In this document: piece after piece, positions 24,169 to 37,402 of the stretch
Layout: the number at the start of each line of letters is the position of its first letter
How positions within the stretch are numbered: position 1 is the first letter of the stretch
Source: Antedon mediterranea
Lineage: Eukaryota > Animalia > Echinodermata
DNA length: 64,000 nucleotides
Direction of reading: 5' to 3'
NCBI RefSeq assembly: GCF_964355755.1
Contig: NC_092679.1
Span: 14,057,432-14,121,431 of the forward strand
Notes under the pieces: generated by a model
Databases searched by the model: none
What the model was told of the DNA's origin: nothing
Seen by the model: only the letters and a program-made list of their open reading frames with translations
Position numbers and translations under genes: made by a program

Positions 24169-25198
24169 TTTATTACTAATATACTATTATTTATTAGTAA
24201 TTAAATTCTATCATAATATGATTTGTTTGATTTGAATAAAATTGAAATCTTTTAGTTATACAGGGAGTAGAGCTAGATAGGCATGAAGTTGCCTTTTCTC
24301 TTCTTCCTTTTTATCAAATTTTTTTAACGTTTTATATTATAATGTTATGTTTATGTATTTTTTGGATGAATAAAGAAAGAAATGATAAAAAAAAATCTGT
24401 TAAATGTTTAAAATAGTCGAACTTTATGAGTGTTTTTATTATTTTGAACATACTGTATAACGATGTCTTTCGATAATGTTTATATAATAATAAAGGGTTA
24501 TTTTGTGAAAATAACTGTAGGTTGACAGTGGGAATCCTTTTAATATTGCATAGGTATAATAAGTTCAGTTTATTTAATGACTAAACATTTTAGTTAGACT
24601 AGGTAGGTCCAGTTATCCTTTTTATGTTATGTCTAATTTTACGGAACAATATCGATAAAGTTACCTCAACACCAATCGATGAATCCATTATTACACAGCA
24701 AGAACAGTAGAGACATCATTGCTACAGGCCATTACGAAAATATCACAATGTAATACACACTGTGTACACATAGTGGCATTTTGCGTTCACATAATTGACA
24801 CCGCGTTTATACATTTTTATGAACACATATTGGTTTAACATAGTATACGGTCTGACACGCATTGTCGGAAGAACACAGAGTGTGAAACACATCATCGAAG
24901 AGAGAAACACCGTATATGAAGAAAATCACAGTGTTGGAAGGAACCAGACATAAAAAACAAGAAAACCTTTTCCCATTAGTTTGTTTTTATGGCAGCTATT
25001 AATACATTATTATACAGATATTTCCTGCTTAGAGGTGAAATATAAGATTTGACATCCCCAAGGGAATGATATTATGTTCGAGGGAAAATATATTTCCCGA
25101 AGCGCAGCTGAGGTAAATATATAATTCCCCGAGAACATAATATCATCCCGAGGGGATATTAAATCTAATATTTTACCGATATAAAAGGCGATATCTCT

Positions 25199-26063
25199 TA
25201 TTACATAGCCAACAACAAGTAAAATATCTGCTGGGTCGGGTGAAGCTAGGCCTAGGCTATTGTAATGTATGTTCGTTCGTTCGTTCGTTTTTATTTCACA
25301 ATGCATCAAACTGAATATTTTTACAGAAAAATTCTAAGTATTAAATTTCAAAAAATGCAAAGCCTGGAAAAGTATGTAAACAAGCCTGCCTAGACACCTT
25401 ACCTTGCGAAGAAAAATATACAGATAATTACTAATTATATATTCCATGGCAATAAAATATTCACTTAGGCCTAGGTCGTTTAAATTAACAGCAGAATTTC
25501 CATCAATAAGCCTACATTAATAATAATAATAATAATATTATAATCAGGTAGGCCGAATAAACAATTCGTCTTCTTCTTCGAGCCGAATCACCGGATGTTC
25601 AGCGCGTACCAGTTACTAGGTTACTACCGTGAGTATTGACCAATCACAAACGGTGTTTCATCTCATCTAGAGGGAGGACTAATAACAAATGAGGGCGCTA
25701 TGTATGTATGCATAGCTTAAACAGTTTAGTTTATTAATTTCTTCAAGCAAGTGGCGTATTGGTTGAAGCGTTGTCTTGTGATGGAGTGACAATTTCATCG
25801 CGAGTTCAAGACCCACTAGATGACTTTGTTTATTTATCGGCAAACGCGAGTGTTCCACACGAAAATTACACAGTCAATATCATCGTACTCGAGAATTTGC
25901 TGGATTTCATATGTTTAATGACAGGGACACGATAATTACGCGAAAATAATTCAGTCAATATCATCGTACTCGAGGATATATACGATTTACGATCCTCGCA
26001 GCGGTAGTCATGTGATGCAGTTTCAACCAATCACGTACACGTATTTACATAGGCTATGTAATA
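25199..26063. mobile_element. Putative non-autonomous element with 12-bp inverted ends, containing a degenerate Pol III A/B-box segment
   Basis: TATTACATAGCC (25199) and GGCTATGTAATA (26052-26063). Internal TGGCGTATTGG..GAGTTCAAGAC at ~25752-25812 and a duplicated CAGTCAATATCATCGTACTCGAG. Confidence 0.45.
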
Positions 26064-27193
26064 TAAAATTATGTTCGCAGATCTTGGAAATTTAGCTTTG
26101 ACATTGAATGAAATTATTATTATGATATAATGCGGATGAATATCTATAGAAGAAAAGTGCGCACTTTTTCATTTATTTGAAACCTGTTTAAATTGTCCGT
26201 GGATGCATTGTTTGCATCGTTAACCCGGTTAGCCTCATAGCTAGGAGGCCCACCACTGTCTTTCTGTTCAGATCGGTCTGCATCCATTTATTTATTGGTA
26301 CATACTAGCGTTATTAGGAGTAATAAGAGAGGCGTAGTCTAGAATACAGTAGTAAAATACTAGGTTTGCTAGCCTAGTATGCTTTTATTAAGTACTTAGC
26401 TGTAGATAAGATCATTCAATTACACAACGTGGCAAGCCATGATCTCTACTAGCTGGACTACCCTAACGCTGTTTCTTGTTGTGATATGTGCTAGGCCTAG
26501 GCCATCCAATCAGTCACGATTTGTTCTCCTTTTATTAACTTTCCTTTTTGCAAATGTAACATCGCCTGTCACTGATCTACATGAATTGAGAAATCAGTTT
26601 CCATATTGCAATAATAACAATGTATCCTAAATAAAAGCTGATTTCTTAACCTACTCTTAATAATTACACAGATACTGTACTGTATGTTGTTGTTAATTAC
26701 TTAAGGTGTATTAGTTAGGGACCACAGAGTGATAAAATAACTAAATACTATTGTAAAATGAACAACATATAAACAAGTAGAGTGAATCTTCCCTGATATA
26801 AAGCGGTTTCTATTTTTATTTTTATTTGTATTTTGAAAACAATTTAATATGTGTTTTAATATGTTATTTTAAATTAACTTTTCTTGATTTGATCTCTGAG
26901 TTCACAATTACAACCATTATTATGTTGGGAAATGGTGTGAACAAACAGTGCATGCCACTGTGCAAACCTCACAAATTACATAGTGTTCAATTCGGTGAAA
27001 GGTATCAATACCATCAATGGAATCTTCTAAAAAATGTATATCTAGTTTAAAATAAATCGAAATAGTGTTTGTATGTCTGTAATACACACAAATACATAAT
27101 TGGACATACATAGAAAATCCCTATCCACCAAAAATGAACTGATAACAAATTAATACGCTTTAATTGATAACGGTTTGTAAAAATGTCTGAGTC

Positions 27194-27373
27194 ATAAGGT
27201 TTATCGCAAATACCTTGATTTCGCGAGACACGTCATTGCACAATGCATGATGGGAAGGGTTTGGGAGCAATAGCGCCAACCGTATAATACAAACTTTATA
27301 TACTGGTGGTGGCGCTATTGCTCCCAAACCCTTCCCATTATGCATCGCTCACGCAATTTGTGATAAACCTTAT
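27194..27373. mobile_element. 180-bp fold-back MITE
   Basis: Ends ATAAGGTTTATCGCAAAT and ATTTGTGATAAACCTTAT. Internal ~35-bp stem TGCATGATGGGAAGGGTTTGGGAGCAATAGCGCCA / TGGCGCTATTGCTCCCAAACCCTTCCCATTATGCA. Confidence 0.75.
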
Positions 27374-28441
27374 TGTATATAGATATAAAATTAACACAAC
27401 AAATACAAACAGTACAGTACAGCTATGACTAATGCAAACACTTTTTTTAAATGTTTTAAGAATTATCGCAGTTAGGTAACTATATATTTTATTAAATCAA
27501 TCATTTCATCATTAATTAACATCTTGTAAGCAATATTAGTAATATGGAATATAAAGTGAATTTACAATATTTAAAAATGTTAATGAATGAAGTTTAAAAA
27601 GAAAAAAAATGTGATAAGAATGATAATAATAAAGATTTTAAGGTGATGACATGAAAGATGATATTATTGTGGTGTTTACGCCACAAAAGAGAGAAAAACA
27701 AGCTCTCATTTATGCGTATTGTTCTTTAAAAATAGGTCTAATTTACAATGGTATTTCGTAAGTACAAGATCAATACTTATTGATGTATTGTATATGTCAG
27801 TAAAATTTACAGATTACAAAATGGTTCTTTCTATAATCTGAATCTGACTACAGTAATATCATACAGTGTATGACCTTCTTATACATACAAAATATTCTAT
27901 AGTCTATACATACATACATTATACACAATGGCAATGATATACGACTATTTTTACCCTACGTATCAACATGTTGTTTTCTCTTTTTTCACATTCTTTGATA
28001 TTCTTTTTAACACTAAAATTTGATAATTCCGTCATGACACAGTAATAATGGTAATAATATAAACATTCTAGACACAACCAGGTGATACTTTCCACACTGG
28101 AATAATTTAATCAGATTTATAATTCTCAAAGATTTTTAGACTTACTTAAAACAAGCATATTTTATTCCTCTTTAATTACTATATTAAAACAAATTGAATA
28201 TGTAAAGTTACAATGGAAAAATTAACAAAACTGGCTATTACATCTGAAAAGTTAAAAATGTTATTTTTTCTTTTTTTTTAATCTTATACTATACAATAAC
28301 AAGATTTATGGTATAAATATTACCTCATTATAAAAATAAAGCTATATTATAATATTATTTTTCTCAATGTGTGATTCTTCAATGTGATCTTCATCGATTT
28401 GAAGAAGCAGTGCTCCACTCGCTTGACGACAACAGTCTGTT

Positions 28442-30050
28442 TTGAATTTCTTCAAAAAATCAACTGAAAATAGGTCTGATAAATCTGTTTTTACGATTAA
28501 AAACCTAATGAAAAATTTAAATTTAAATGATATTTGGAGATCCAAAAACATGAATAAGCGACAATTTACGTGGCGTAAGAGATTTAACAACATTTTCCGT
28601 AGGCTGGATTACTGGTTGATATCAGAAGATCTCTTTTCAAATGGAGATGTTTTAGCCTGTGACATTCGTCCAGCTATTCTCACAGATCACCAGGCGGTAT
28701 AAATTAAAATAGATTTGCATGAAAAAAAACGCGGTCCTGGCTTATGGATGTTCAACAATAGCTTTCTGAAAGATGAAACATTTACAAAATTAGTAATTAA
28801 AATAATTGATGTTTCAATACTAAAAAATAATAGAGAACCTGTAAGTGCAAGTTGTTTATGGGAGCTTGTAAAAACAAAAATAAAAGAATTTTCAATTGCA
28901 TACGGAAAACAAAAAAATAAAACCCAGAATAAAAAGAAAGAAAAATTACAAAAACAAATAAAAAACTTAAATGAAACAATTATGAATACTCAAAATTGTG
29001 ATATAACCATTGAAAATAAAATTGAAAACAAAAAAATAGAGCTTGAAAACATTTATAATGTAGAAGCAAAAGGCGCGCAAATTAGGTCCAGAGTAAAATG
29101 GATAGAGGAAGGCGAGCGGAATACAAAATACTTTCTTGGGTTAGAAAGATCCAAAAGTAAAAAGAAACACATAAAAAGTTTAATTACTAAAGATGGGAGC
29201 TTAGCAACAAGCCCAATTGATATTTTAAAGGAACAAATACAACATTTCGAAGGTTTATACGCAAAAAATGTTATAAACCCTGGAAAAATTAATAAATACC
29301 TTTGTAATTCTATTATAAACAAGCTTTCAGAAATAGAAAAAGAAATTTGTGAAGGTTACGTCACTATTGATGAATGTAAAAAGGCCATTTCAATGATGGA
29401 AAAAAATAAAACACCTGGATCGGATGGTCTAAGTGTTGAATTTTATGTGCTCTTTTGGAATAATATTAAACATTTAATTTGCGATGCGTTAAATGAAAGT
29501 TATAATTCTCAAGAATTATCCTTTTCGCAAAAACGAGGTGTAATCACCCTTTTGTTCAAGGATGGAGAAAAAGAAAATTGAATAATTGGCGTCTCATTAC
29601 CCTCTTAAACACCGATTACAAAATTCTTGCACATGTATTAAGTAACATACTTAAAATGGTTATTAAATCAATAGTAAGTTCAGACCAAAAAGGTTATATA
29701 AAAGGCCGTTTCGCTGGTGAAAACATTCGGTTAATAGAAGACCTGCTTTATTATACAGAGTGTAATGATATCGAAGGGGCAATAATTACCGTAGATTTTA
29801 AGAAGGCTTTTGACTCTATTAGTAGAGATTTTATGTTCAATGTTCTAGAAAAGTTTAACTTTGGAATTTTCTTTTGTAACTGGGTAAAAGTATTATACAA
29901 TAACGTTGAATGTGTCACAGTTAACAATGGTTGGGTTTCAAACAATTTTAAAATGGAAAGAGGTATTAGAAAAGGTTGTCCTCTATCTGCTCTGTTATTC
30001 ATTTTAGTGGTTGAAGTAATGGCATCTAGAATAAAAAACAAAGATGACTA
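28442..30050 (+). mobile_element. L1/Tx1-clade LINE internal fragment (endonuclease C-terminus to RT N-half), disrupted
   Basis: DIWR..FTW..RLDYWLIS..TDH, GPGLWMFNNSFL, GAQIRSRVKWIEEGERNTKYF, KTPGSDG, NWRLITLLNTDYKI, VDFKKAFD, RGIRKGCPLS. Stop at ~28700, frameshift at ~29578. Confidence 0.92.
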
Positions 30051-30052
30051 TA

Positions 30053-30340
30053 AGCAGGGAAGATTTAACTCTTCCCTGGTCAATCATAGTCTTTAATTAA
30101 CCTTGTTTTTTATATTACTGTTTTTGTTATATTTGCGTGTTTAATGCTATACTTTGTAATGTTTATATTTTTTATTTTAGATTGTAAAAGGATCCCAATG
30201 GAAATAAGCTGATAAGCTTTTTGGACTATCCTGGAAAATCTTTTATAAATGTATTATTTGTAATGTCCGTAATTTATGTTATCACTTTGTATGTATTTTT
30301 TATGATGATTTTCCAAATAAATTCAATTCAATTAAATTCA
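30053..30340 (+). mobile_element. 3' UTR/tail of another LINE forming the left boundary of the tandem array
   Basis: Stem-loop GGATCCCAATGGAAATAAGCTGATAAGCTTTTTGGACTATCC, then AATAAA and an (ATTCA)n tail abutting MDH1-intron-derived sequence at ~30343. Confidence 0.55.
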
Positions 30341-30804
30341 TACCCTATCCGGCGGAAAATTTTAATGTTTCATACTTTTACATTGTTTATCTAAATAGGC
30401 ATTGGTGTATTTAAAAAACTGCAAAATTTGTCCTGATATTCTTCAAATTTTCAATACCTCTTCTACTAAAAAAAATGCATTAATATTAAAATGTATATTT
30501 TGAGGTGGTCGAAAACGTAAAAAAAGATGAAAATGAGTTAGTGTTTCCGACCGAGGCGACCGACCAACCGAAATTGCTGAAAATGTTTAAAAAAATGTTG
30601 AACACAATTTTAAAAACATTTATAATTGCCCCCAAGTATTAATATCCACTGTCAAAATAATATGAATATGAGTTTTTTGTTTACACCGACCCACGCGACT
30701 AAAAACTTGATTTGTATGTTATTTCAAATTTACATATAACAGGCTACAGACAGGTGTACTCAGCTTAATTACCTTTACAACAAAAACCAAAGCGCAGCAG
30801 AAGA

Positions 30805-32208
30805 AAACAAGGCCATATAGATGGCTGCAGTCGCGTGCTCATTAGTGTTTACCGACCGACCGACCAACCTACCAACTGACCGAAATTACTGAACATGTTT
30901 AAAAATGTTGAAAAGTTTAAAAACATTTATATTTTTTTAATTTACACGTGCGTAGCCTGTCACTTTTGACGTGCTCGTATAACGTAATTTCGAGTTGAAA
31001 AGTATGTCAAGAAAACAGAAATCGGGCAAAAAGAGTGGGCAATAACATTTAACGCGCAGTGCGCGCGCAAAAATCTGTGCACTCATGGCAATTGTGTAAA
31101 CGCTTAAAATTGCCTGAAACGTACTCTTATTTCATCGAAAATAAATTTTGACAATTTTAGGCGCGCGTACGCATGCGTTACATGCGCTACGTACGTAATT
31201 GTATTGCCATAATATGATGATTTATGCCCTGAAATTTATGAGTACCAAATTTTATTTAATTGTGATTCATGTTTGTGAAGATATGATTACAAACGTGATT
31301 TCGTTAAATCGTGCGTATACCGCGTAATTATTGCGCACCGTGAAAACGTAATCACATCGCTTCCTGGCCATAAAGAATATACTGTGAAAAAATTGACTTA
31401 GCTAGATTAAACTGATATCAAGATAAGGTCAGAAAGCGATTAAACGCATAGTGATACCGGACCGACCGACACACCGACCGACCGACCGACCGACATAGTG
31501 AACTATAGAGTCGCGTCCACGCGACTAAAAACAACAAGGCCCTATTATGTGGCTGCAGTCGCGTGCTTAAGGTAGTGTTTACCGACCGACCAACCGACTA
31601 AAATTGCTGAACATGTTTAAAAATGTTTAATTTACACGTGCGTAGCCTGTCACTTTTGACGTGCTCGTATAACGTAATTTTGAGTTGAAAAGTGAATCAA
31701 ATAATGATGATATTATTAAAGAAAGGTTGTAAAACAGAAATCGGGCACAAAAAAGTGCATATTAACATTTAACGCACGTGCACAAATCTGCGCACTCATG
31801 GCAATTTTTTAAACGCTTAAAATTGCCAATTTTGAAAATTTTAAGCGCGCATATGCATGTGTTACATGCGCTACGCACGTAATTGTAATGCCATGATGAT
31901 TTATGGCTTGAAATTTATGAGTACCAAATTTGATTTCATTGTGATTCATGCTTGTGAAGATATGATTACAAACATGATTTCGTTAAATCGTCCGGTAGTA
32001 GACCGCGTAATTTTTGATTGCGCACCGTGAAAACATAACCACATCGATTCCTGGCCATAAGGAATATACTGTGAAAAATTGACTTAGCTAGATGAAACTG
32101 ATATCAAGACAAGGCCAATACAAGTTAGTGCTTACAGACCGACCGACCGACCAACCAACCAACCAACCGATATAGTGAGCTATAAAGTCGCGTTGCATGC
32201 GACTAAAA
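30805..32208 (-). mobile_element. Two head-to-tail Helentron/DINE-1-like elements (also 34920-35620, 44461-45890 x2, 48617-49166, 56842-57546, 61625-62314)
   Basis: Each runs AACAAGGCC...(CCGA)n...core...ATAGTGARCTATARAGTCGCGT..CGCGACTAAAA, the reverse complement of the element at 23338-24168. Confidence 0.8.
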
Positions 32209-32938
32209 ATGTGTAGCATTATTTTCATGTTGTATAATCGTTTAGTCAAATCTACTTAGTGTATACATCAATGTGTATATATTATACCCTTTCTACCATA
32301 ATCATGAAAGAATAGAAATCTTTATTTCAGTCTTTTGCAAATTGTTATTGGAGAGGACGATAAATGTATCTACTGCAGTTTATTAGAGGCAGAGCTGACT
32401 GTTGCGCAAAGACGGCTCTGGGTGGAACAACCGGCCAACTACTAGGGAGGTCATAATGCAGCGAGTTGAATTATCTATATACAAAAAAGTTACTCAACAA
32501 ACACAAGAGATTGACCATTGAGAATGTAGTTTATCTTGTGTATAACATTTTATTTTCAAATCATTTCATATTAATTCAGACGTTTAAAAAGTATGCAATT
32601 ATGTGTCTTGAAAATTTATTTTGATCACGTGGTGCCCATGCAGGTTTCCTTTCATTCGGATCATCAAACGGTCGCTTTCATCCACTATCATCATGCGAAG
32701 TTAGACTATGGTTAATTAGGAATTGAGATACACTCTCATATGAATACATTTAGTTTATTCTGTGACATTACTCAGTTCGCTGCCATGATCATTAGAACGA
32801 AACATGGCTCTGGGTTTCACCACGTTCTCGGAGTACATACTTCTTGAGAGTAGTACAGTAACTTTAAATAAATTAAATTTAAATCATTAAAACAGTCTCT
32901 GATACTATGAATTCCTATACCACTGTTGTATGGTTTGT

Positions 32939-34024
32939 CTATTGCCTAGGTCCTTTGTAATTTCGACGTAAACTGCTGCTCTGATTTTGAGGTCGTGTCA
33001 GGTCTGGTGGTCTTGGTGCTACTTTTGAGGGTTTTGACATTTTTCCTGTGGCATTTATTGATGGTAATGTCAAATGGGTATCTTCGTCACTGGGAAGACA
33101 AGTTTCAATCAGCCGTGGTGGGCTCAGTTGTGGCCTGTTCGTTAGTCGCCCATTTGGTGGTTGCTTCCTCGCAGCTTTCTTGTCTGTTGCTGTCTGACGA
33201 CCAATGCTATTCGAGGATCTTCTTCCAATAGCAGCATTATCAAGCGATGGCCTACTTCCTGATTGGATAGTTGGAAATAAGTTAGTAGTACGTCCGACGC
33301 TTCCATCTGAAAGTTTTTGTCTTGTGTCAGAAGTGTAGTGGTTGCCCATCTTTTGACAGCTTGCAGTCGTTGAGCTAGAGTTGCCTCTATGGAGTCTTTT
33401 AAATAAAGGACTAGATTTACCAGCAAGATCAACCATATCCAGAAGACTTCTTTCGTGCTGCTTCTTTCTTTGAGGCTTTCTTGTGTCCTTGATTGAGTCT
33501 GCAAAGTGAAATATAAGTTACACTTTTAATTAGATTAAATTAAAAATTAAAATTAAACTAAAGCATGGTAGACTGGTTTGACTCCATCTCCTATCCCATC
33601 AGTGGTAGCCTATGTGGTTCTTAATTGGGAGACATGTGTTTTACCTTCATGGTTATAGAATCCTATTTTAGATGACATCAAGTCAGACCCAGAAGCGACA
33701 TCTGAAGAATGCACATCAAAGATCTGAAAATCCATGTTTGATCTATATCTACGATCGTCAGATAATCTATATAAGACATGGATTTATAAACAATAATGTT
33801 GTTCTAAATGATTTCGGTACAAATAACTAAATACGGTTATGTATGTAGGCCTATATATTGAATTGGCATGTGGTGTGTACCTAGGCTAAAAAAACATTGA
33901 TACAAAAAAATCGTTCAAAAAATGTTTCAAAACACAAATCTTTTATCTATTTATTATACATGCGATTGAAATTTCATTTAGACTATAATTTAGTAACTTA
34001 CCGTTTGTTTTTTCGTGAAGCCAT
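32939..34024 (-). CDS. Uncharacterised 234-aa basic S/R/K/P-rich protein, copy 1 (type A, MASRKNKR...)
   Basis: Exons 34024-34002 (23 nt, GTAAG donor), 33766-33645 (122 nt) and 33498-32939 (560 nt) splice in frame: MASRKNKRLSDDRRYRSNMDFQIFDVHSSDVASGSDLMSSKIGFYNHEDSIKDTRKPQRKKQHERSLLD + the 165-aa ORF. Confidence 0.8.
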
Positions 34025-34104
34025 TAGTAAATTATGCTGAAATATTTTCGGAGAAATTGTAAGACAGTATAAGCTTGTTTGCTTTTAGACGTTTGTATGT
34101 TGTA

Positions 34105-34190
34105 GTTACTATACTAACGCGATACGTATACAATGGCAACAATCACGCGCTGCGCGCGTTACCATAGCTTGAAGTTAGAGCATGCGCATT
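34105..34190 (-). promoter_or_regulatory. Cluster of RFX X-box-like motifs and an NRF1-like GCATGCGCA upstream of the orphan gene (present before copies 1-5)
   Basis: GTTACTATACTAAC (34105-34118; 13/14 match to GTTNCYATRGNAAC), ATGGCAAC half-site (34133-34140), GTTACCATAGC (34158) and GCATGCGCA (~34180). These lie 80-165 bp upstream of the ATG. Confidence 0.45.
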
Positions 34191-36322
34191 AATGCACTGT
34201 AATCTGCAGCTGTGTGGCAAACAAGTATGACATGAACTTACATTGTTATAAATTAACAAGACCATATATATGGCTGCAGTTGCGTGCGCAAATTTGAGTT
34301 AGTGTCAGACCGACCGACCTACAGACCGATCGACATAGTGAGCTGTAGAGTCGCGTTTGCACGCGATTAAAAATGTTGAACAATTGTTAAAACATTTATA
34401 TTTGCCTCCAAGTATTAATATCGAGTGTCAAAATAATAAAGAAATATGAATATGAGTTAGTGTTTACCGACCGACTAACAGACCGAAATTGCTGAACATG
34501 TTAACCGACTAACAGACCGAAATTGCTGAGCAAGTTAAAAAATGTTGAAAACATTTTTTAAACATTTATATTTGCCTCCAAATATTAATATCCAGTGTCA
34601 AAATAACGAAAAAAAGATGAAGATGAGTTAGTGTTTACACCGACCGACCGAGGGGCGACCGACCAACCGAAATGGTTGAAAATGATAAAAAAAAATGTTG
34701 AACACATTTTAAAAACATTTATATTTGCCGCGCCTCCAAGTATTAATATCCACTGTCAAAATAATGAACAAATATGAATATGAGTTTGTGTTTACACCGA
34801 CCGACTGAGATATAGAGTCGCGTTTGCACGCGACTAAAAACTTGATTTGCATGTTATTTCAAATTTACATATAACAGGCTACAGGTGTGCTAAAAAACCA
34901 AAGCGCAGCAGAAGAAAAAACAACAAGGCCATATAGATGGCTGCAGTCACGTGCTCTATTTAGTGATTACCGACCGACCAACCGACCGACCCACCCACCA
35001 ACCGACCGAAATTGCTGAACATGTTTAAAAATGTTTAAATCTGCGCACTCATGGCAATTTTTTAAACGCTTAAAATTGCCTGAAACGTACTCTTATTTCA
35101 TCGAAAATAAATTTTGACAATTTTTAAAATTTTAAGAGCACATATGCATGCGTTACATGCGCTACGCACGTATTATTATTATTTTAGGGGTCAATGTGAG
35201 ACAAGTTCTACTTCTGATTTTGATCCCTGAGATGGTCTTATATAAATTGTTTATTATTGTTTATTGTAATATTGTTTGCTATATTATATTGTGACCATCT
35301 TAAATAAATGTATTATTAAACTGAATTGTATTGCCATGATGATCTATGAGTACCAAATTTTATTAAATTGTGATTCATGCTTGTGAAGATAATATGATGT
35401 GCAAACATGATTTCCTTAAATCGTGCGTAGACCGCATAATTGTTGATTGCGCACTGTGAAAACATAACCACATCGATTCCTGGCCATAAGGAATATACTG
35501 TGAAAAATTGACATAGCTAGATTAAACTGATATCAAGACAAGGCCTTATACAAGTTAGTGCTTACCGACCGACCGATATAGTGAGCTGTAGAGTAGTCGC
35601 GTTGTTGCACGCGACTAAAAATGTGTAGCATTATTTTCATTGTATAATCGTTTAGTCTAATCTACTTAGTGTATACAGCAATGTGTATCTATACCCTTTC
35701 TACCATAATCATAAAAGAATACAAATCTTTATTTCAGTCTTTTGCAAATTGTTATTGGAGAGGACGATAAATGTATCTACTGCAGTTTATTAGAGGCAGA
35801 GCTGACAGTTGCGCAAAGACGGCTCTGGATAGAGAGGTCATAATGCAGCGAGTTGATTTATCTATATACAAAAAAGTTACTCAACAAACACAAGAGATTG
35901 ACCATCGAGAATGTAGTTTATCTTGTGTATAACATTTTATATTCAATTCATTTCATATTAATTCAGACGTTTAAAAAGTATGCAATTATGTGTCTTGAAC
36001 ATTTATTTTGATCACGTGGTGCCCATGCAGGTTTCCTTTCTTTCGGATCATCAAACGATCGCTTTCATCCACTGTCATCATGCGAAGTTAGACTATGGTT
36101 AATTAGGAATTGAGATACACTCTCATATGAATACATTTAGTTTATTCTGTGACAGTACTCAGTTCGCTGCCATGATCATTGGAACGAAACATGCCTCTGG
36201 GTTTTACCACGTTCTCGTAGTACATACATCTTGAGAGTACAGTAACTTTAAATAAATTAAATTTAAATCATTAAAACAGTCTCTGATACTATGAATTCCT
36301 ATACCAATGTTGTATGGTTTGT

Positions 36323-37402
36323 CTATTGCCTAGGTCCTTTGTAATTTCGACGTAAACTGCTGCTCTGATTTTGAGGTCGTGTCAGGTCTGGTGGTTTTGG
36401 TGCTACTTTTGAGGGTTTTGATATTTTTCCTGTGGCATTTATTGATGGTAATGTCAAATGGGTATCTTCGTCACTGGGAAGACAAGTTTCAATCAGCCGT
36501 GGTGGGCTCAGTTGTGGCCTGTTCGTTAGTCGCCCATTTGGTGGTTGCTTCCTCGCAGCTTTCTTGTCTGTTGCTGTCTTACGACCAATGCTATTCGAGG
36601 ATCGTCTTCCAATAGCAGCATTATCAAGCGATGGCCTACTTCCTGATTGGATGGTTGGAAATAAGTTAGTAGTACGTCCGACGCTTCCATCTGAACGTTT
36701 TTGTCTTGTGTCAGAAGTGTAGTGGTTGCCCATCTTTTGACAGCTTGCATTCGTTGGGCTAGAGTTGCCTCTATGGAGTCTTTTAAATAGAGGACTAGAT
36801 TTACCAGCAAGATCAACCATATCCAGAAGACTTCTTTCGTGCTGCTTCTTTTTTTTAGGTATTCTTGTGTCCTTGATTGAGTCTGCAAAGTGAAATATAA
36901 GTTACACTTTTAATTAGGTCTTCTTTAATTTTAATCCAGTTAAACTAAAGCATGGTAGACTGGTTTTTGACTCCATCTCCTACCCCATCAGTCGTAGCCT
37001 ACATGGTTCTTAATTGGGAGACATGTGTTTTACCTTCGTGGCGGGAGAATCCTATTTTAGATGACATCAAGTCAGACCCAGAAGCGACATCACAAGGATG
37101 CACATCAAAGATCTGAAAATCCGTGTTTGATCTATATCTACGATCGTCAGATAATCTATATAAGACATGGATTTATGAAACAATGATATGATAAATTATT
37201 TCTGTACAAATAACTAATACGCTTATGTATGTAGGCCTATATTATATTGGCGTGTGGTGTACCTAGCTATAAGTATAAAACATTGATACAAAACATCGTT
37301 TAAAAAATGTTTCAAAACACAAATCTATTATCTTTAAATGCGATTGAAAATTCATTTAGACTATAATTTAGTAACTTACCGTTTGTTTTTTCGTGAATCC
37401 AT
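36323..37402 (-). CDS. Uncharacterised 234-aa protein, copy 2 (type B, MDSRKNKR...)
   Basis: Exons 37402-37380, 37155-37034, 36882-36323. Same lengths (23/122/560), intact splice sites and frame. Confidence 0.8.

Larger units (their letters stand above)
22670..24395 (+). mobile_element. 3' fragment of a CR1/L2-group LINE, interrupted by (TA)n and a HINE
   Basis: YGIEIWGSTY..LQKMAVRAI..HSQPLFK..GTKIWNEIP is a post-RT domain. 3'-UTR-like stem-loop and AATAAA/A-rich tail at ~24260-24395. Confidence 0.8.

Noticed and set aside
33142-33504. Overlapping 120-aa (minus) and 78-aa (plus) ORFs repeated in every array copy
   Set aside because: They begin at non-ATG codons and persist only because the copies are near identical. 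Only the 165-aa frame joins the upstream exons in phase.
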